Source: Salisapilia sapeloensis CBS 127946 (taxonomy: Eukaryota > Protista > Oomycota). From it: a stretch of DNA of 64,000 nt. Below, piece by piece: positions 14,000-25,792 of this stretch. The position numbers and the translations under genes were made by a program. Location of the stretch: the NCBI GenBank assembly GCA_023334545.1, contig JAADVB010000050.1:1-64000 (forward strand). Reading direction: 5' to 3'. Positions within the stretch are counted from its first letter, which is position 1. Every line of letters begins with the position of its first letter. The notes beneath the pieces are model-generated. The model saw nothing but the letters and a program-made list of their open reading frames with translations, searched no databases and had not been told where the DNA came from.

Positions 14000-15767
14000 A
14001 TGCATCTTATGATCACCTCGACCGATGGCGAACACGTCGTACAAGTCTCAGTGGAGCCTGAGCACTTGATCAGCTCTATATCCACCCAGCTACAGCAGCA
14101 AGTACATGTTCCTATCGTCTTTTATGATGCTCGAAGACTGATATGCTTTCTAGTTTAGCATCCCTCCGGCGTCACAAGTATTGCTACTAAATGGCAATCC
14201 AATTCGCATGGATCAAAGTGTACGATACGATGTGCAATCTAGGCAGAATGACACAACTGAATAGTATGGAATAGTTTGCAAGCGCTGGTGTGACGGAAGA
14301 GGATTTGATGGTTTTGAGCAGCCAATCTTCTTCCACCGCTGCTTCTCAACCTGCTGCGGCTCAGCCTTCGACGCAAGAGCCAGAAGTCCGACCGAACATG
14401 AGAATCCATGATATTCCGGTAAGAAATAGCTTTAGTTACATCGTCTAAAGCAAATATTAATGAGTTATCTGATAGCGCAGTGCATCCCCGGAGCTCCTGC
14501 TCCGAATCATGGAGCAGAACCCACACCTTATCGAAGAGGTATCCAGAGCAAGTGAATCCTCATTGTAGCCAAACTCACGAACGGTATACATGCTGTAGCT
14601 CAAGTATGATAATCGGCCATTAGCTGAAGCGCTTGAGACCAAAGACATCGCGGTATATTCCCTCTCATTTTTCCCCAAGCGTACTCTCACTTGCAGTAAC
14701 AGAAAGTGAGGATGGCGATGATGCAAATGTACATGCAAAGCGCCTCTCAAGTCTTTGAGCAGCAAGAAGAGGTTCGTTATGATCACTCTCTCGTCTCTAC
14801 TCTCGTCTCATTCCATCGCACGTAGGAACGTCGTATCAGTGCCAATCCGTACGATGCTGACGCCCAAGCACGTATCGCTGAGCGCATTCGACAACAAAAT
14901 GTCCAGGCGAATCTAGCGACTGCCTTGGAAGAAACGCCCGAAGCTTTCATCCGTGTTCACATGCTGTACATCAAATGTGAAGTCAATCAGCTCCCTGTTA
15001 AAGCATTCGTGGATTCTGGTGCTCAGATGACTATCATGTCCAAGGTCTCTTTCATCTTAGAACATGCCTACGTCTTATATTCACCTATGAGAATAGAACT
15101 TTGCCGAGAAATGCGGTTTGATGCGACTTGTGGATACTAGATATGCTGGCACCGTACGTTCATTCGACCTTTTGATCCTACATCTAGTTCATCCTTGTGT
15201 AGGCTGTTGGTGTCGGGACGGCTGAGATCATCGGGCGCGTCCACTTAGCACCCATCCGCATCGGAAACGAGTTTTACAACTGTAGTTTTACCATCATGGA
15301 CCAACAGGTACTCTCTCCATCCTTCTGCATCGATGCTCTATGCTTATGATACCTGCAGGACGACATTTTGTTCGGACTGGAGATGCTGCGTCGTCACCAG
15401 TGCTGCATCGACCTCCACAAGATGGTCCTTCGCCTGAACGCCGGTGGAGATAATGCCCATGAAGTCCCATTCCTTCCTGAAAGCGTACGTCTCCTTCACT
15501 ACATTCCCAATATTGTTGCTGACATTGTGTATGCAGGAGGTACCGCAGCATCGTCGACAACCAGAGGATGCCACAGCACAGACGTCTACACCAGCAGCTC
15601 CAACTACCACGGAGACAAATTCGTCTGACCCAGCTACAAGCCAAGACGATAAGATCGCTCAACTCGTCGGCTTTGGCTTTGCAGAAGACGCAGCTCGTCG
15701 TGCTCTAGCTTCTACAAACGGAAATGTAGAGATGGCAGCAGCTCTACTCTTTGAGAATCGATCTTAG
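14000..15767 (+). CDS. DDI1: DNA damage-inducible protein 1 (UBL + retroviral-like aspartyl protease + UBA), multi-exon
   Basis: [39 protein letters not shown], catalytic [30 protein letters not shown], and C-terminal UBA (LVGFGF....[17 protein letters not shown]). Confidence 0.93.
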
Positions 15768-15877
15768 GACAAGTAAGACGAAGGAAAAAAACAACTCTTG
15801 TCGGCAAAAGATCCGGTGTATTTGTGTTGCCTTGATGCACGAACATATTCGCTCTTCCTTTTGACTCAAGACGCACC

Positions 15878-16710
15878 TTAGGCCTTGGTAGAAGAAGCCT
15901 TGCGGCTGCTGCGACGCTTAGCGATTTCGCTGGCACGACGCTCCTTCTGCTCCTTAACGCGCTGCAGTGCCATAAGGCGAATAAGGAGCAGATCCGAGAC
16001 GAGATCGATCCAACGCACGTGAAAGTCAGTGGTGGCATGAGATTGTATATAGCAAAAGAGTTTACCTGAGCGTAAAGACGAGAGTACTCGGCAGCGTCAC
16101 GCTTGACCTTTTCACGCTGCTCGATCTTCCTCTTAGCGATCTGCTTCTTGTGGTGAAGCGTACGCGGGGTCACGAGACGCTGGATGCGAGGAGCCTTGTC
16201 CTGCTTGTTGCCGTTCTTGGTCTCGAACTTGCGACGGATGACGAACTTGCGGACGTCGTCCTCCTTGTCGAGGTTGAACAACTTGCGGATGTTGGACGCA
16301 CGCTTCGGTCCGAGGCGACGCGGCACCTGGACGTCCGTGAGGCCGGGGACGTCGTTGTCACCAGGCTTGACGACAACGAGGTTGAGGACCGAGAGGTCCG
16401 GGCCGACGATGCAACCACGAACCGACTTGCGCTTACGCTCTCCCTTGCGGCGAGGACGGTAGCACGACTTGCCGGCGGAAAGGAGGAGACGCACACGGTG
16501 GTTGACGAGGACACCCTGCTTCATGGGGAAACCCTGCTTGTCGTTACCACCAGAGATGCGGAAGATGAAGCCCTTGAACTCGTCGCCGAGGACGTCTCCG
16601 TCAATCTCCTGGCTCATACGCTTGTCGTAGAACGGGAGGAGCTTGTGCTCATCGTCGATCTCAAGGACCTTCTGAGCACCCGTCAGTGGGTTGGCAATGT
16701 TCAGCTTCAT
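15878..16710 (-). CDS. RPS6: 40S ribosomal protein S6 (eS6)
   Basis: [13 protein letters not shown]...[14 protein letters not shown]...[11 protein letters not shown]. One coding intron at 15962-16065; stop at 15878-15880. Confidence 0.98.
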
Positions 16711-16949
16711 ATCTAGTCGATACAGTTAGATCAAGGATACGAGTACACGTAACGTAGCTTCCTACCTTGCAAGACAACACGGATAATGAGCTCCAGTCAA
16801 GATGCTAGAGCGTAGACGGCAGCCAGTCAAAATTTTACACTTGTAGTTTGTATACTTGAGACTGTCTTACTTTACGGATTGCAATCTTTGTATGATAATA
16901 TTTGTATTTTTCAAGGACGATCAGAGCGTAAGCATCGTTAAAAGACAAA

Positions 16950-18188
16950 ATGGGGAATCAACCGAGTACGACCAAGGCAGCGCAGCCGGAAGGGTGTCCA
17001 GTGAAGAAGGATGCATCGAAAGAAGACGGATGTCCTGTCAAGCACGACGCACCTAAGCAAGATGAATGTCCAGTGAAGCATGATGCAGCCAAGCAAGATG
17101 GATGTCCTGTGGACCACAAGCAGCGCAAGGTGTATAATGTGTACAGCCAGGAGATTGATCCGACGAACATGATGCCAGCGAATCCGAATCAAGAGCCGAA
17201 TGCAGAGCAGAGGTATCCACTCAAGCAAGACCGTGTGCAATCGACGATCCCAAAGGGAAATACCGATGGTACATGGAGCTATCCGTCGGAGCAAATGTTC
17301 TTTAATGCACTCAAGCGCAAAGGAAAGGGAGAAGATGTGCATGAAGGCAACATCACGACGATCGTGTCCATTCATAACAACATGAATGAACGGGCGTGGG
17401 CGCAAGTGGAGCACTACGAGAAGACCTGCCATCCAGAGTGCGTGTCCTTGTAGGAATGATGCTGTATCAACTTCTCACCTTGTATATGCTACAGATCAGA
17501 CCCGAAGCTGCTCAAGTTCATGGGTCGACCGGATGACTTGACACCACTGGCCTGGGCGAAGAAGCTACTCGGATACGGCCAACCGTTCGACCGTCACGAC
17601 TGGACCATCCTTCGAGATGATAACACGGAAGTTCGATACGTCATCGACTACTACTTTGACGAAGAGAAGAGTGCGCAGGATGAGACGCCCGAGCTCCATT
17701 CTGCCTCCAGCGTCAAGTCTATCTCCATGTACGCTCGTCCAGCCCTTGATTCTGTCACTTCAGTGATCGACCGACTGAAGTACCCTGCCATGCGTTTCGT
17801 CGATAAGATGAACGCTCCGGACGTCACAAAGCGTCAGGCGCTCGTTGCGTCACAGGCGGAAGAAGCAGAGGATGACAAGATGACCGTCGAGGAAGTCAGC
17901 CAGACGTTTGCTAGTATCAAGGAGTCTTGCCGCGAGCGCTTCCAGCAAGTTTCCACTTGTAAAAATGAAGCCGAGTGCTCCCAAGCAGCGACTGCTCTTC
18001 AGTTCTGCATGGCTCAGATCGTCTGTCCGACGGAAGCGACGGGCTTTAAGAAGGCGCTAGAGACGGGTGAAGAGGAGCATGTGGAAGCAGCATTTGAGAA
18101 GATGAATGCGAGCTTGGAAAAGTTCCAGGAGCGCAGCGCGGATGTCATGCGCCAGCAAGCTGCTCGTGAAGCCACTGCTGCAGAGTAG
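16950..18188 (+). CDS. HCCS: Cytochrome c heme lyase (holocytochrome c synthase) with C-terminal twin-CX9C extension, 2 exons
   Basis: CPV heme-regulatory motifs, [44 protein letters not shown] and RYVIDYY. Confidence 0.95.
16992..17114 (+). repeat. 36-nt (12-aa) tandem repeat of CPV heme-regulatory motifs within HCCS
   Basis: [12 protein letters not shown] / [12 protein letters not shown] / [12 protein letters not shown] / GCPVD: three full units plus one partial. Confidence 0.85.
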
Positions 18189-18257
18189 GACGTGCGGTAG
18201 ATATGTAATTGAAGCCAAGAGAGGAGGATAGACAGCTGAGTCGTGTCGTTAACTTTG

Positions 18258-19930
18258 TTAATCATTGGGCACATGCAGCTTTTCAACCGCTTGTCGATGT
18301 AACAGTGTCTTTAGATCTGAATGGGAGCGGTAGTAGGGACTGGTTGAGGTAGAAAAGGTGAAGGTACCTGGGCTAGATGACCACGTGGAAGAAAGCGCTC
18401 CTGGACCTTTGTGCAGGAGCTTCCTGTCGTGATGGTATTGTGCTTCCTGGCGGATGGTAGATTGTACCAACGTGTAATTACGTAAGAGTCGAATAAAGAC
18501 GACGTTACCACTGTCTTGTGCTGCTTGGAGACTGGATTTACTGCTAGTTGCTTCTAAAGAGATGTCAGCACCGCTGTCTAGTAGGAGCTTTGTAACATCA
18601 AGCAGCGATGCACGGATACTCAAGTAGAGTGGTGTTTCTCCAAAAGTGTTCTGCGAAGTCAAGAAGGTTAGATGAACGTATAGCGATGTACTGACAAGGT
18701 TTCCACCTGTGCGTTCGGGTCAGCTCCATGTGATAGTAGGAGCTTGGAGATAGCTAGAGCTTCTGCCGGTAAGTCTTTGATTGTATAATTGGACTGCGTG
18801 ATGTCTTTCCAAGCATGGAAGAGCAGGTGGAGCGCTGAGTCACCGTTGGATGTTACCAATTGAGGTGATGCACCTCGCTGTAGTAGTTCCTGGACGAGTC
18901 TGACGTGAAGAAGCTGGCTAGCAGCCATCAACGGCGTCATGCCGACATGCTTATCCACTACAGCTCCAGATGGGCTTTTGACGACTGGAAGGTTGATATC
19001 TGGAAACGAGTGTAGTTGTAGCCACAAGAGAGCCTTGCTAGTAGTCGAGAGTGAGTATTGGTAACTTGGACTAAAGATGAGTAATGTACCTAATAGATCC
19101 ATTCCAGAACAAGTTCCAGTATTCTACAAGACCTTGTCTATGTCCTATTGTGGCTAGACGCATGTCTCGTGCTCGCTGTGCTTGTGTAACTTCCTGTTCT
19201 GTGTCGGATAGGAGATGGAGCGCTTTGTCGATGGCTGCATCTAGCCCTCGTGTGGATGGCACGTTGTACGCTCGATGAGATGGTGCATGGAGTGGAGTGA
19301 GAGGCTTCGCTAGTAGTAGTTTCTTTTTGACGGATGCAAGGACTTGCTGCTGGTTCTCTAGCTTGAGCTGTGTACCAGCGATCGGAAATCGATTCTCCAT
19401 CAACTTGATGTGGTACTTCCCATAGGTGTTTGTTACTGCTGCATCTGTCACTTCGGTAAGTCTCTGCGGTACCATCTTCGTATCTAGTTCATCTACTCTT
19501 GTATACATCCCGATCTGGTCATTTGGAAGTACAGGGGAGGAACTTGGCAAGAGTCGCGTATGCCGAGCACGAAGTGCACCTTCATCTGCGGTCACATCTG
19601 CTCGACGACGTTCCTATTAAGGATATAAATTTATAGCAATGGAAAAGCTTCTATGGTAGCGGAAATACCGTCTCAAAGCGTATACGCTGCTCTGTGAGCT
19701 CCTGCCGCTTCGCCAGACTCGTCCTCTGCTTGTACTCCATACGCCCTTTGAAGATCTGCTGGAAATGACTAGGTTAAAGTATGGCGCGTGCCTACAATCG
19801 ATTAAAAGCCGTCAGGCGGAAGGACTTCGACGACACACGCCGTTCTTCCCCCCATCGTAGCTCCTCGCTTCGACCAGAAGCACATTTGTTGGAGCATCCC
19901 TTCCTCCCTACTCTTGCCTCTGGCGCTCAT
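18258..19930 (-). CDS. Ankyrin-repeat protein, multi-exon
   Basis: Ankyrin motifs GMTPLMAAS..LHVRLVQELLQRGASP, GDSALHLL, HGADPNAQN.FGETPLYL. The 5' exons and start codon are uncertain. Confidence 0.7.
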
Positions 19931-19969
19931 GCATGAACATTTTTCTTCTGTGCCTCAAATCAAACGAAC

Positions 19970-22900
19970 ATGGAGCTCACGGCCGAGCACAAAGTGATGG
20001 ATCTGCCGTTAGCAGCATTAGGACAGCCAGCACAAATGGCAGACATACTTGTACAAGCTTTTCAGCTTGCAGGGTATGCAGATGACCAGGTCGTGCATCG
20101 AGATGGAGATAGCTCGGACATTTTTGGCATGGATGATGAGTCGGAAGAAAAAGAGGATGTGGATGAAGAACACGATACGGAGGCGATTGAAGAAGAGGAA
20201 GAAGAGCAAGAAAAGCAGAGCGATGATCAGGCACAAAGCAACCATGGCAGACCCACACGTGTGTTCGCTACGGATGACACGATCGAGGCAGACTTATCTG
20301 TCAAAGCGAGTGCCTTGCAACTTGCGATGAATGTCGTGCAGGAGCTACGCATACGAATGGCTATCGCTGGAGAAGCCCAGATAGAAGAGCAGACAACCGA
20401 TGGCTCGACATTTTCATCTCCGCAGCCAGGGGTGGCCAAAGCGCCAAACAGTGAACCAGGCAACGAGGTGCACGGTGTCCCAGCTCCGAATGCCCGACCA
20501 CAGGAAAACACACAGTGCATGTCATGCGAGCGATCCTTTCATGCGTTCCAACGCGGTCGACATTGTACCTATCTCTATTTTATTTATTATAAGCATTTTC
20601 TCAACTATATATGACCTAGGTCGAAGCTGTGGCTTTCAGTACTGTCAGAAATGTGCATCCGTGCATCAGGTTCTACCTTCCTCATTTGGATTTCGAGATG
20701 AAGCCGTTAGGGTCTGTGACTTGTGTACCAAGTGGTTCCAACATGCGTTAGACCATTATCTCGCGATGCAGGACCTATCGACGGCACATCCAGGTGCACT
20801 CGAGATCGGTCCGTTGTCGTCGTCTGCACCTATCTACGATGCGTTAATGACGACCAACCACCGACTATCTATGGATCGAGCATCCTCCGTGTCGACCATG
20901 TCTCCTACAGCACAGCCAACGAGTCAACAGTCTGAGAACCAAGACCTGCCGGAGCTAGACATACGAGCAGGTCCAAAGCGTCGAGAACAGAGTGGAGAAC
21001 ACCGACGTCGACGCGCCATGAGTCGTCGCAATTCGCTCACGTCGACTCCACAAAGCACCAAGTCCGTCGCGTCAGTCAAGAACAAGCCATGGCTCGGTTC
21101 GCATCTAAAAGCCATGCACGTGAGTGATCGTCTGCCTCGCAAGAAGAAGAATAAGGACGAGAACTCGGCTGATAATGACGCCAAGTCTCCTCAGGCCGAT
21201 CTAGACTACCGTCGACTCCGGTCCAAGTCACGTACCAAGTCGGTGGACACGATGGAAGATGAGAATTGGGATCCAGTCTCCAAGAATGAACGCAAGTCCG
21301 TTGAAAGCAAGACAGGAAAGGCGAATGGCGAGGATCCGTTGAAAGTTAACATTCGTGCAGGTGCCAAGAAGAAGACCAAGCTAGCTAGATCCGCTAGTTT
21401 CGACGTCACTCAGCTCCATTCCGTCGCACGACCGACGTTTAAAACCTCGACAGACGACCTGGCGCAGATCGTTGAGTCCCAGTCGTCTCGAGACGATCTG
21501 CTTTTGTCACCAAGCGTCGAGTTCACACACAAGACGTCGTCTCCTAGTCGTAAGCCCTCTGCCTTTGACGACAGTGACATTGTCGATACGCATGTGGACG
21601 AGGATGAGGATGAAGACGATCAGGTGAATGCAGACCTCCCGTCCACTGTCCTGCGCTTTGCCGTGTACAAGACAGGTCCAGACTCTGTCCAAAACTTTCG
21701 TCGTCCGTGGGGTGTCAAGAAAAAACACTTGGTGCTCAATCGATATACGTTAGAGGTGGACTGTGGCGACTGCATCGTCCGGTGCAAGTCTGTCTTCATG
21801 CATCGCTTCTGGTCTTTCCATTGCGACGCCGTGAAGAGCATTACGTTCGGTTCTTCCTCTGGCATGGCACGCCTCGTCCTTTCGAACCAGCAAGTGCACG
21901 ACCTTCAGTTTGCAGATGACGACGATCGAGCGGCGTTTAAGCATGCAGTCGAGTCGAGACGATCTACGAGTCTCCAGAGCGCCCGCGAGTCACTCATTCG
22001 ACCTCAAGTCCGGAGTACTTTGAATCGGACGTACGATGCGTCTGGTAGTGGCAGTCTTCCGCATCAAGCGTCTGATAGAGCGATGGTCGTCGGGATTGAT
22101 CACTCGAGCGATGGGAGTACCAAGACACTAGCACACGTCTATTGGCTTCCTGGTGAAGTCCAGAAGATGGATGTGGCCTTCCCTGGCACACTGCTTATCG
22201 GATCGTCGGGAGATACGGTCGAGACGTCGTCGGTGTGGACGACAGTGCCGGTCATGATCACCATCACGAACTTTCGACTTGTCTTTATGCCCGTAGACGG
22301 ACAGCACATTCCATTAGATTCAGGCATCACAGAGGATGTCATTGCTTACGTTCCTCTCTTTGCTATTCTTTCTACACAGATCGTGTACCCAGAAGGACGT
22401 CGTATGCGAGCAAGGACGTTGACGCCTGGCTTTAGCGGCGTTCTCCACATTACATGCAAGGACGTCCGGACAGTCCGAGTGCACATGACTGGCACTGCGT
22501 CCGGCGGAGAGGAGCGTACGAATCAATTAAAGTACATGATCTCTCGGCTGGCGGACCAAGCGCAGCGATACTTTCCCGCTCCACCTGACCAACTCCCTCG
22601 CGCCATGTCGATCGATTCGGACGATACGAACGAGGAGGATGGGAATGCAGTTGAAGTCGACTCGAATAGCTCGCCTTCGATGCAACCAGTGTCTTCGAAC
22701 GTTGTGAGGTTGATAAGTGGTAGTTTTGCCTATTCGTATCGATTGGAAGTCTGTTCGCCGGATTTGGACGGATGGAATGTCTTTTCAGACGAACGAGAGT
22801 TTAAACGACAGCTAAGTCATGACCCGGCAGCTCTACCGTTCTTTAAATTCTACCAGAACAAGACGGGGAATATATGTGGCACGTACCCTTCGAAACTCCT

Positions 22901-24059
22901 CGTGCCGTCCGGTACAACGTCAGCAGAGTTGAGGAAAGTAGCGGACTTTCGATCGAAAAGACGGATTCCTGTCGTCACGTACTTTCATCGTTCGAATCGA
23001 TGCGTACTGGTGCGGTCGAGTCAGCCATTGATGGGGAACCTCATCTCTGGTAGCTCCAATCTATCGGACCAGTTACTTGTAGGCGTCTACCGTCGCATGC
23101 CAGACATTGTCAAGACGCAGTCGACGTCTGCAGCGTCATCGAATCCGATCTACATCTTTGATGCACGCAAACAGCAGGCATCGACAGGTAACCGGATCAT
23201 CGGACACGGAGGCGTGGAGACACCTGCAGACTATCCTCATGCGCTTGTATTCCACCTCAATATCTCCAACATGTACAGGATGCAAGCATCATTCCAGCAG
23301 CTCGTGAAGCTCGTAATGCCTGGAGGCGTTGGAGACCACGATCGTACGTTCTGGTCGAATGTCGAGAACACGCGCTGGTTGGACCATGTCCGACTCGTGC
23401 TGGATGGAGCGTTGAAGATCGCTCGAGCGCTCGAGTTAGAAGGTGCCTCGACTCTAGTGCACTGCAGCGACGGGTGGGATCGAACATCACAGCTAGTCTC
23501 TCTCGCGCAGCTCATGATCGATCCGTACTATCGTACGATCAAGGGTTTCATCGTGCTTGTCGAAAAAGACTGGGCGGCCTTTGGACACAAGTTTGCCGAG
23601 CGACTTGGTGGTGAACGAAACAAAGATTCACAACAGAAGAAGGCATCGCCTGTCATGTTCCAGTTCCTCGATGCTGTGTGGCAGATCCTTCGACAGTTCC
23701 CGGATGCGTTCGAGTTCAACGAAGCCTTCTTGCTCCACTTGGCAGACGCGTTGTCGTCTGGACTCTACGGCACGTTCCTGTATAACTCGAGGCTAGAGCG
23801 TGATGTGAATGACGTGCAGCGGAAGACGACATCGGTGTGGACACCTGTGCTTCTGAGTCCGACCGAGTACTCGAATCCGATGTACGATTCAGTGGACGGA
23901 CCGGTGTGGCCGTGGGTGAGCTGTCAATCGATTCGGTTGTGGGACAGCTACTTTTTTCAGTGGCATCCGAAATACGGTGGTGGGAAAGCATCGGCCGAGA
24001 CACTTGGCCATGGACTCAACAGTGCTGACAATAGCCTTTCAGACGATGTGACGCAGTGA
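19970..24059 (+). CDS. Myotubularin-related PI3P/PI(3,5)P2 phosphatase with N-terminal FYVE-like domain
   Basis: FYVE-like Cys pattern CMSC...HC|RSCG...C..C...RVC..C across a 52-nt intron, RSKRRIPV, RSSQP, catalytic VHCSDGWDRT, DPYYRTI.GF, FGHKF and P..FEFNE. Confidence 0.92.
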
Positions 24060-24120
24060 AATGAGATAGACAACGGATTTAACTTTTGGAATTACGTAGT
24101 TTCTTTTGGATACACGACAT

Positions 24121-25029
24121 TTATACGACTTGATTAGGACGTTGGAGTCGAGTGTGTGTGACCACGACGATTTTCCCTGGACCACTTGTTCCACATTCTC
24201 TTGACCCGAGGACCTTGGAGACGATGCCACTGACGTTCCGCTGTGGACCTAAATGATCGACGATCTGACCTTGTCTGTACTTGGATACTTCTCTACTTGT
24301 TAAGATTAAAACTTTGTCTTTCTCGGCTTCTCGAGCTAAGGTCAGGTCTTGCTGCAGCATTCGACGAATACGGTCGGCGTCCTTTAGGCAAGTCGTGACG
24401 AACTTTGGTGGCGTCGTGTGGTAGAAGACGTACTCGGTCGTATATGGTCGCTGGTCGTCTTTCATTCGAAAGTGGACGAACTTGACAGGCAGATTTCTCC
24501 TTTCTGCTCGAGGAATGGATGGTGTTGTGGGTGGAATGGATGTGGATCGAATGTCGTCTGCCTTGGAGTCACGACAGTAAGCATGCAGCTCGATAGAAGC
24601 TTTCGAGCTGGCAGTCGTCGCGTAGAGCTTGGAACTCATTGATGTGCGGACTCTCTTATCGTCTGTATGCTGCAAGTAGTTTGGTCGGTCGGCCGTGTCC
24701 AAAGACTGCTTCCGTCGGTGTTTAATAGCCGAGAGAATGGCAGCTCCAGAGAACGTTCGGTCGGCATCTGATCCGGATGCAGCGTCTTCCAAGGACGAGA
24801 GGACTGGGGTCACAACCCCCGGCTCAGCTCTCTCTTGCTTCACATGCACAGCACTTTTATTTGGATACCTTTCGGCGTTGGTATGTCTGAATCGAGAAAC
24901 TTGGCTTTCATGTCGGTCTTGATGATTCTGTGTCATTTCATGCATGTCCTTACGAGGCTCCTTACCAGCATACGTTTCCGATGTGGGTGCATCTCCTGCC
25001 ACTACCGCATTGGCATGAGCACTATGCAT
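24121..25029 (-). CDS. Hypothetical protein (5' end uncertain)
   Basis: 302-aa ORF with a low-complexity N-terminal half and a globular-looking C-terminus (GQIVDHLGP..VSGIVSKV..GPGKIVV). Possible extra 5' exons to about 25650 could not be resolved. Confidence 0.6.
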   Translation of the reverse strand: MHSAHANAVVAGDAPTSETYAGKEPRKDMHEMTQNHQDRHESQVSRFRHTNAERYPNKSAVHVKQERAEPGVVTPVLSSLEDAASGSDADRTFSGAAILSAIKHRRKQSLDTADRPNYLQHTDDKRVRTSMSSKLYATTASSKASIELHAYCRDSKADDIRSTSIPPTTPSIPRAERRNLPVKFVHFRMKDDQRPYTTEYVFYHTTPPKFVTTCLKDADRIRRMLQQDLTLAREAEKDKVLILTSREVSKYRQGQIVDHLGPQRNVSGIVSKVLGSRECGTSGPGKIVVVTHTRLQRPNQVV

Positions 25030-25792
25030 GACTCAAGTCGGGATAACAAGTCCAGATGTGAATACTCGGTAATAACGGACGAGCTAGTGGGGACACGATG
25101 GCTATAGAAGACATGGGGCATTTTTCAAATATTCTTGAAGTTGCATCGAGAAAATTGGGCGCGTTCCGATTTGCTTGCAGCTGACAAGACCTGAAAACAC
25201 TCGAACGGATTTCGAACAAAATGAGCACAAGTCGGAGCTCTTGGTCGTTGTTGTAAGGTTGGCTTCATTTCCGTCGCTCCATTTCTGTTGCCGTGGATTG
25301 TAATTTGACAGCTGCGGTGGTAGGTACTGTTTGTACGGACCATTCGTTGCGAAAAGCAGTTCTGGACGCGACCGGCATGTGGCGTAGCATTCGTTGTGCG
25401 AATGGTCCAGGAAATGGAGTAGGCACATGGTATAAAGAGGCAACCTACTTTATGCAATAGCTGCATGGATTGTAGGGGTAGAGGGAGTGATATCTTTCTT
25501 GGAGATGCTGTAGAGCTTGGTTTGTCACATGCACTACTCGAAGGTCATCCAAGTGCAGCTGAAAATGACAAGGCACGATCGTTCTGATGAGATGAGGACC
25601 TGGAACGAAAAGTGACGCGGTCTTGTATATCAAAAAAGGTCCTGAAATGTGACCCACTTCTAATCAAAGAATATCAAGTCTTTCTCATTGGCCCACGCGT
25701 TCACGAAATTGTTTGAGTCAGGCGAGGCGGTCGTACGGCTCGTCTACTTCGTGATTCCGTGCAAGTCCGGTCTTTGGCTCGTCTATTATATC

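Noticed and set aside
16150-16716. 188-aa plus-strand ORF antisense to RPS6 (also the long antisense ORFs over RPT6, PAP, XYLB and STT3)
   Set aside because: These are shadow ORFs produced by strong codon bias in highly expressed genes on the opposite strand. They contain no recognisable motifs.
16725-16740. GTATCCTT (U12-type donor-like) sequence inside the RPS6 leader intron
   Set aside because: It is internal to an ordinary GT-AG intron and has no matching U12 branch site, so it is probably coincidental.
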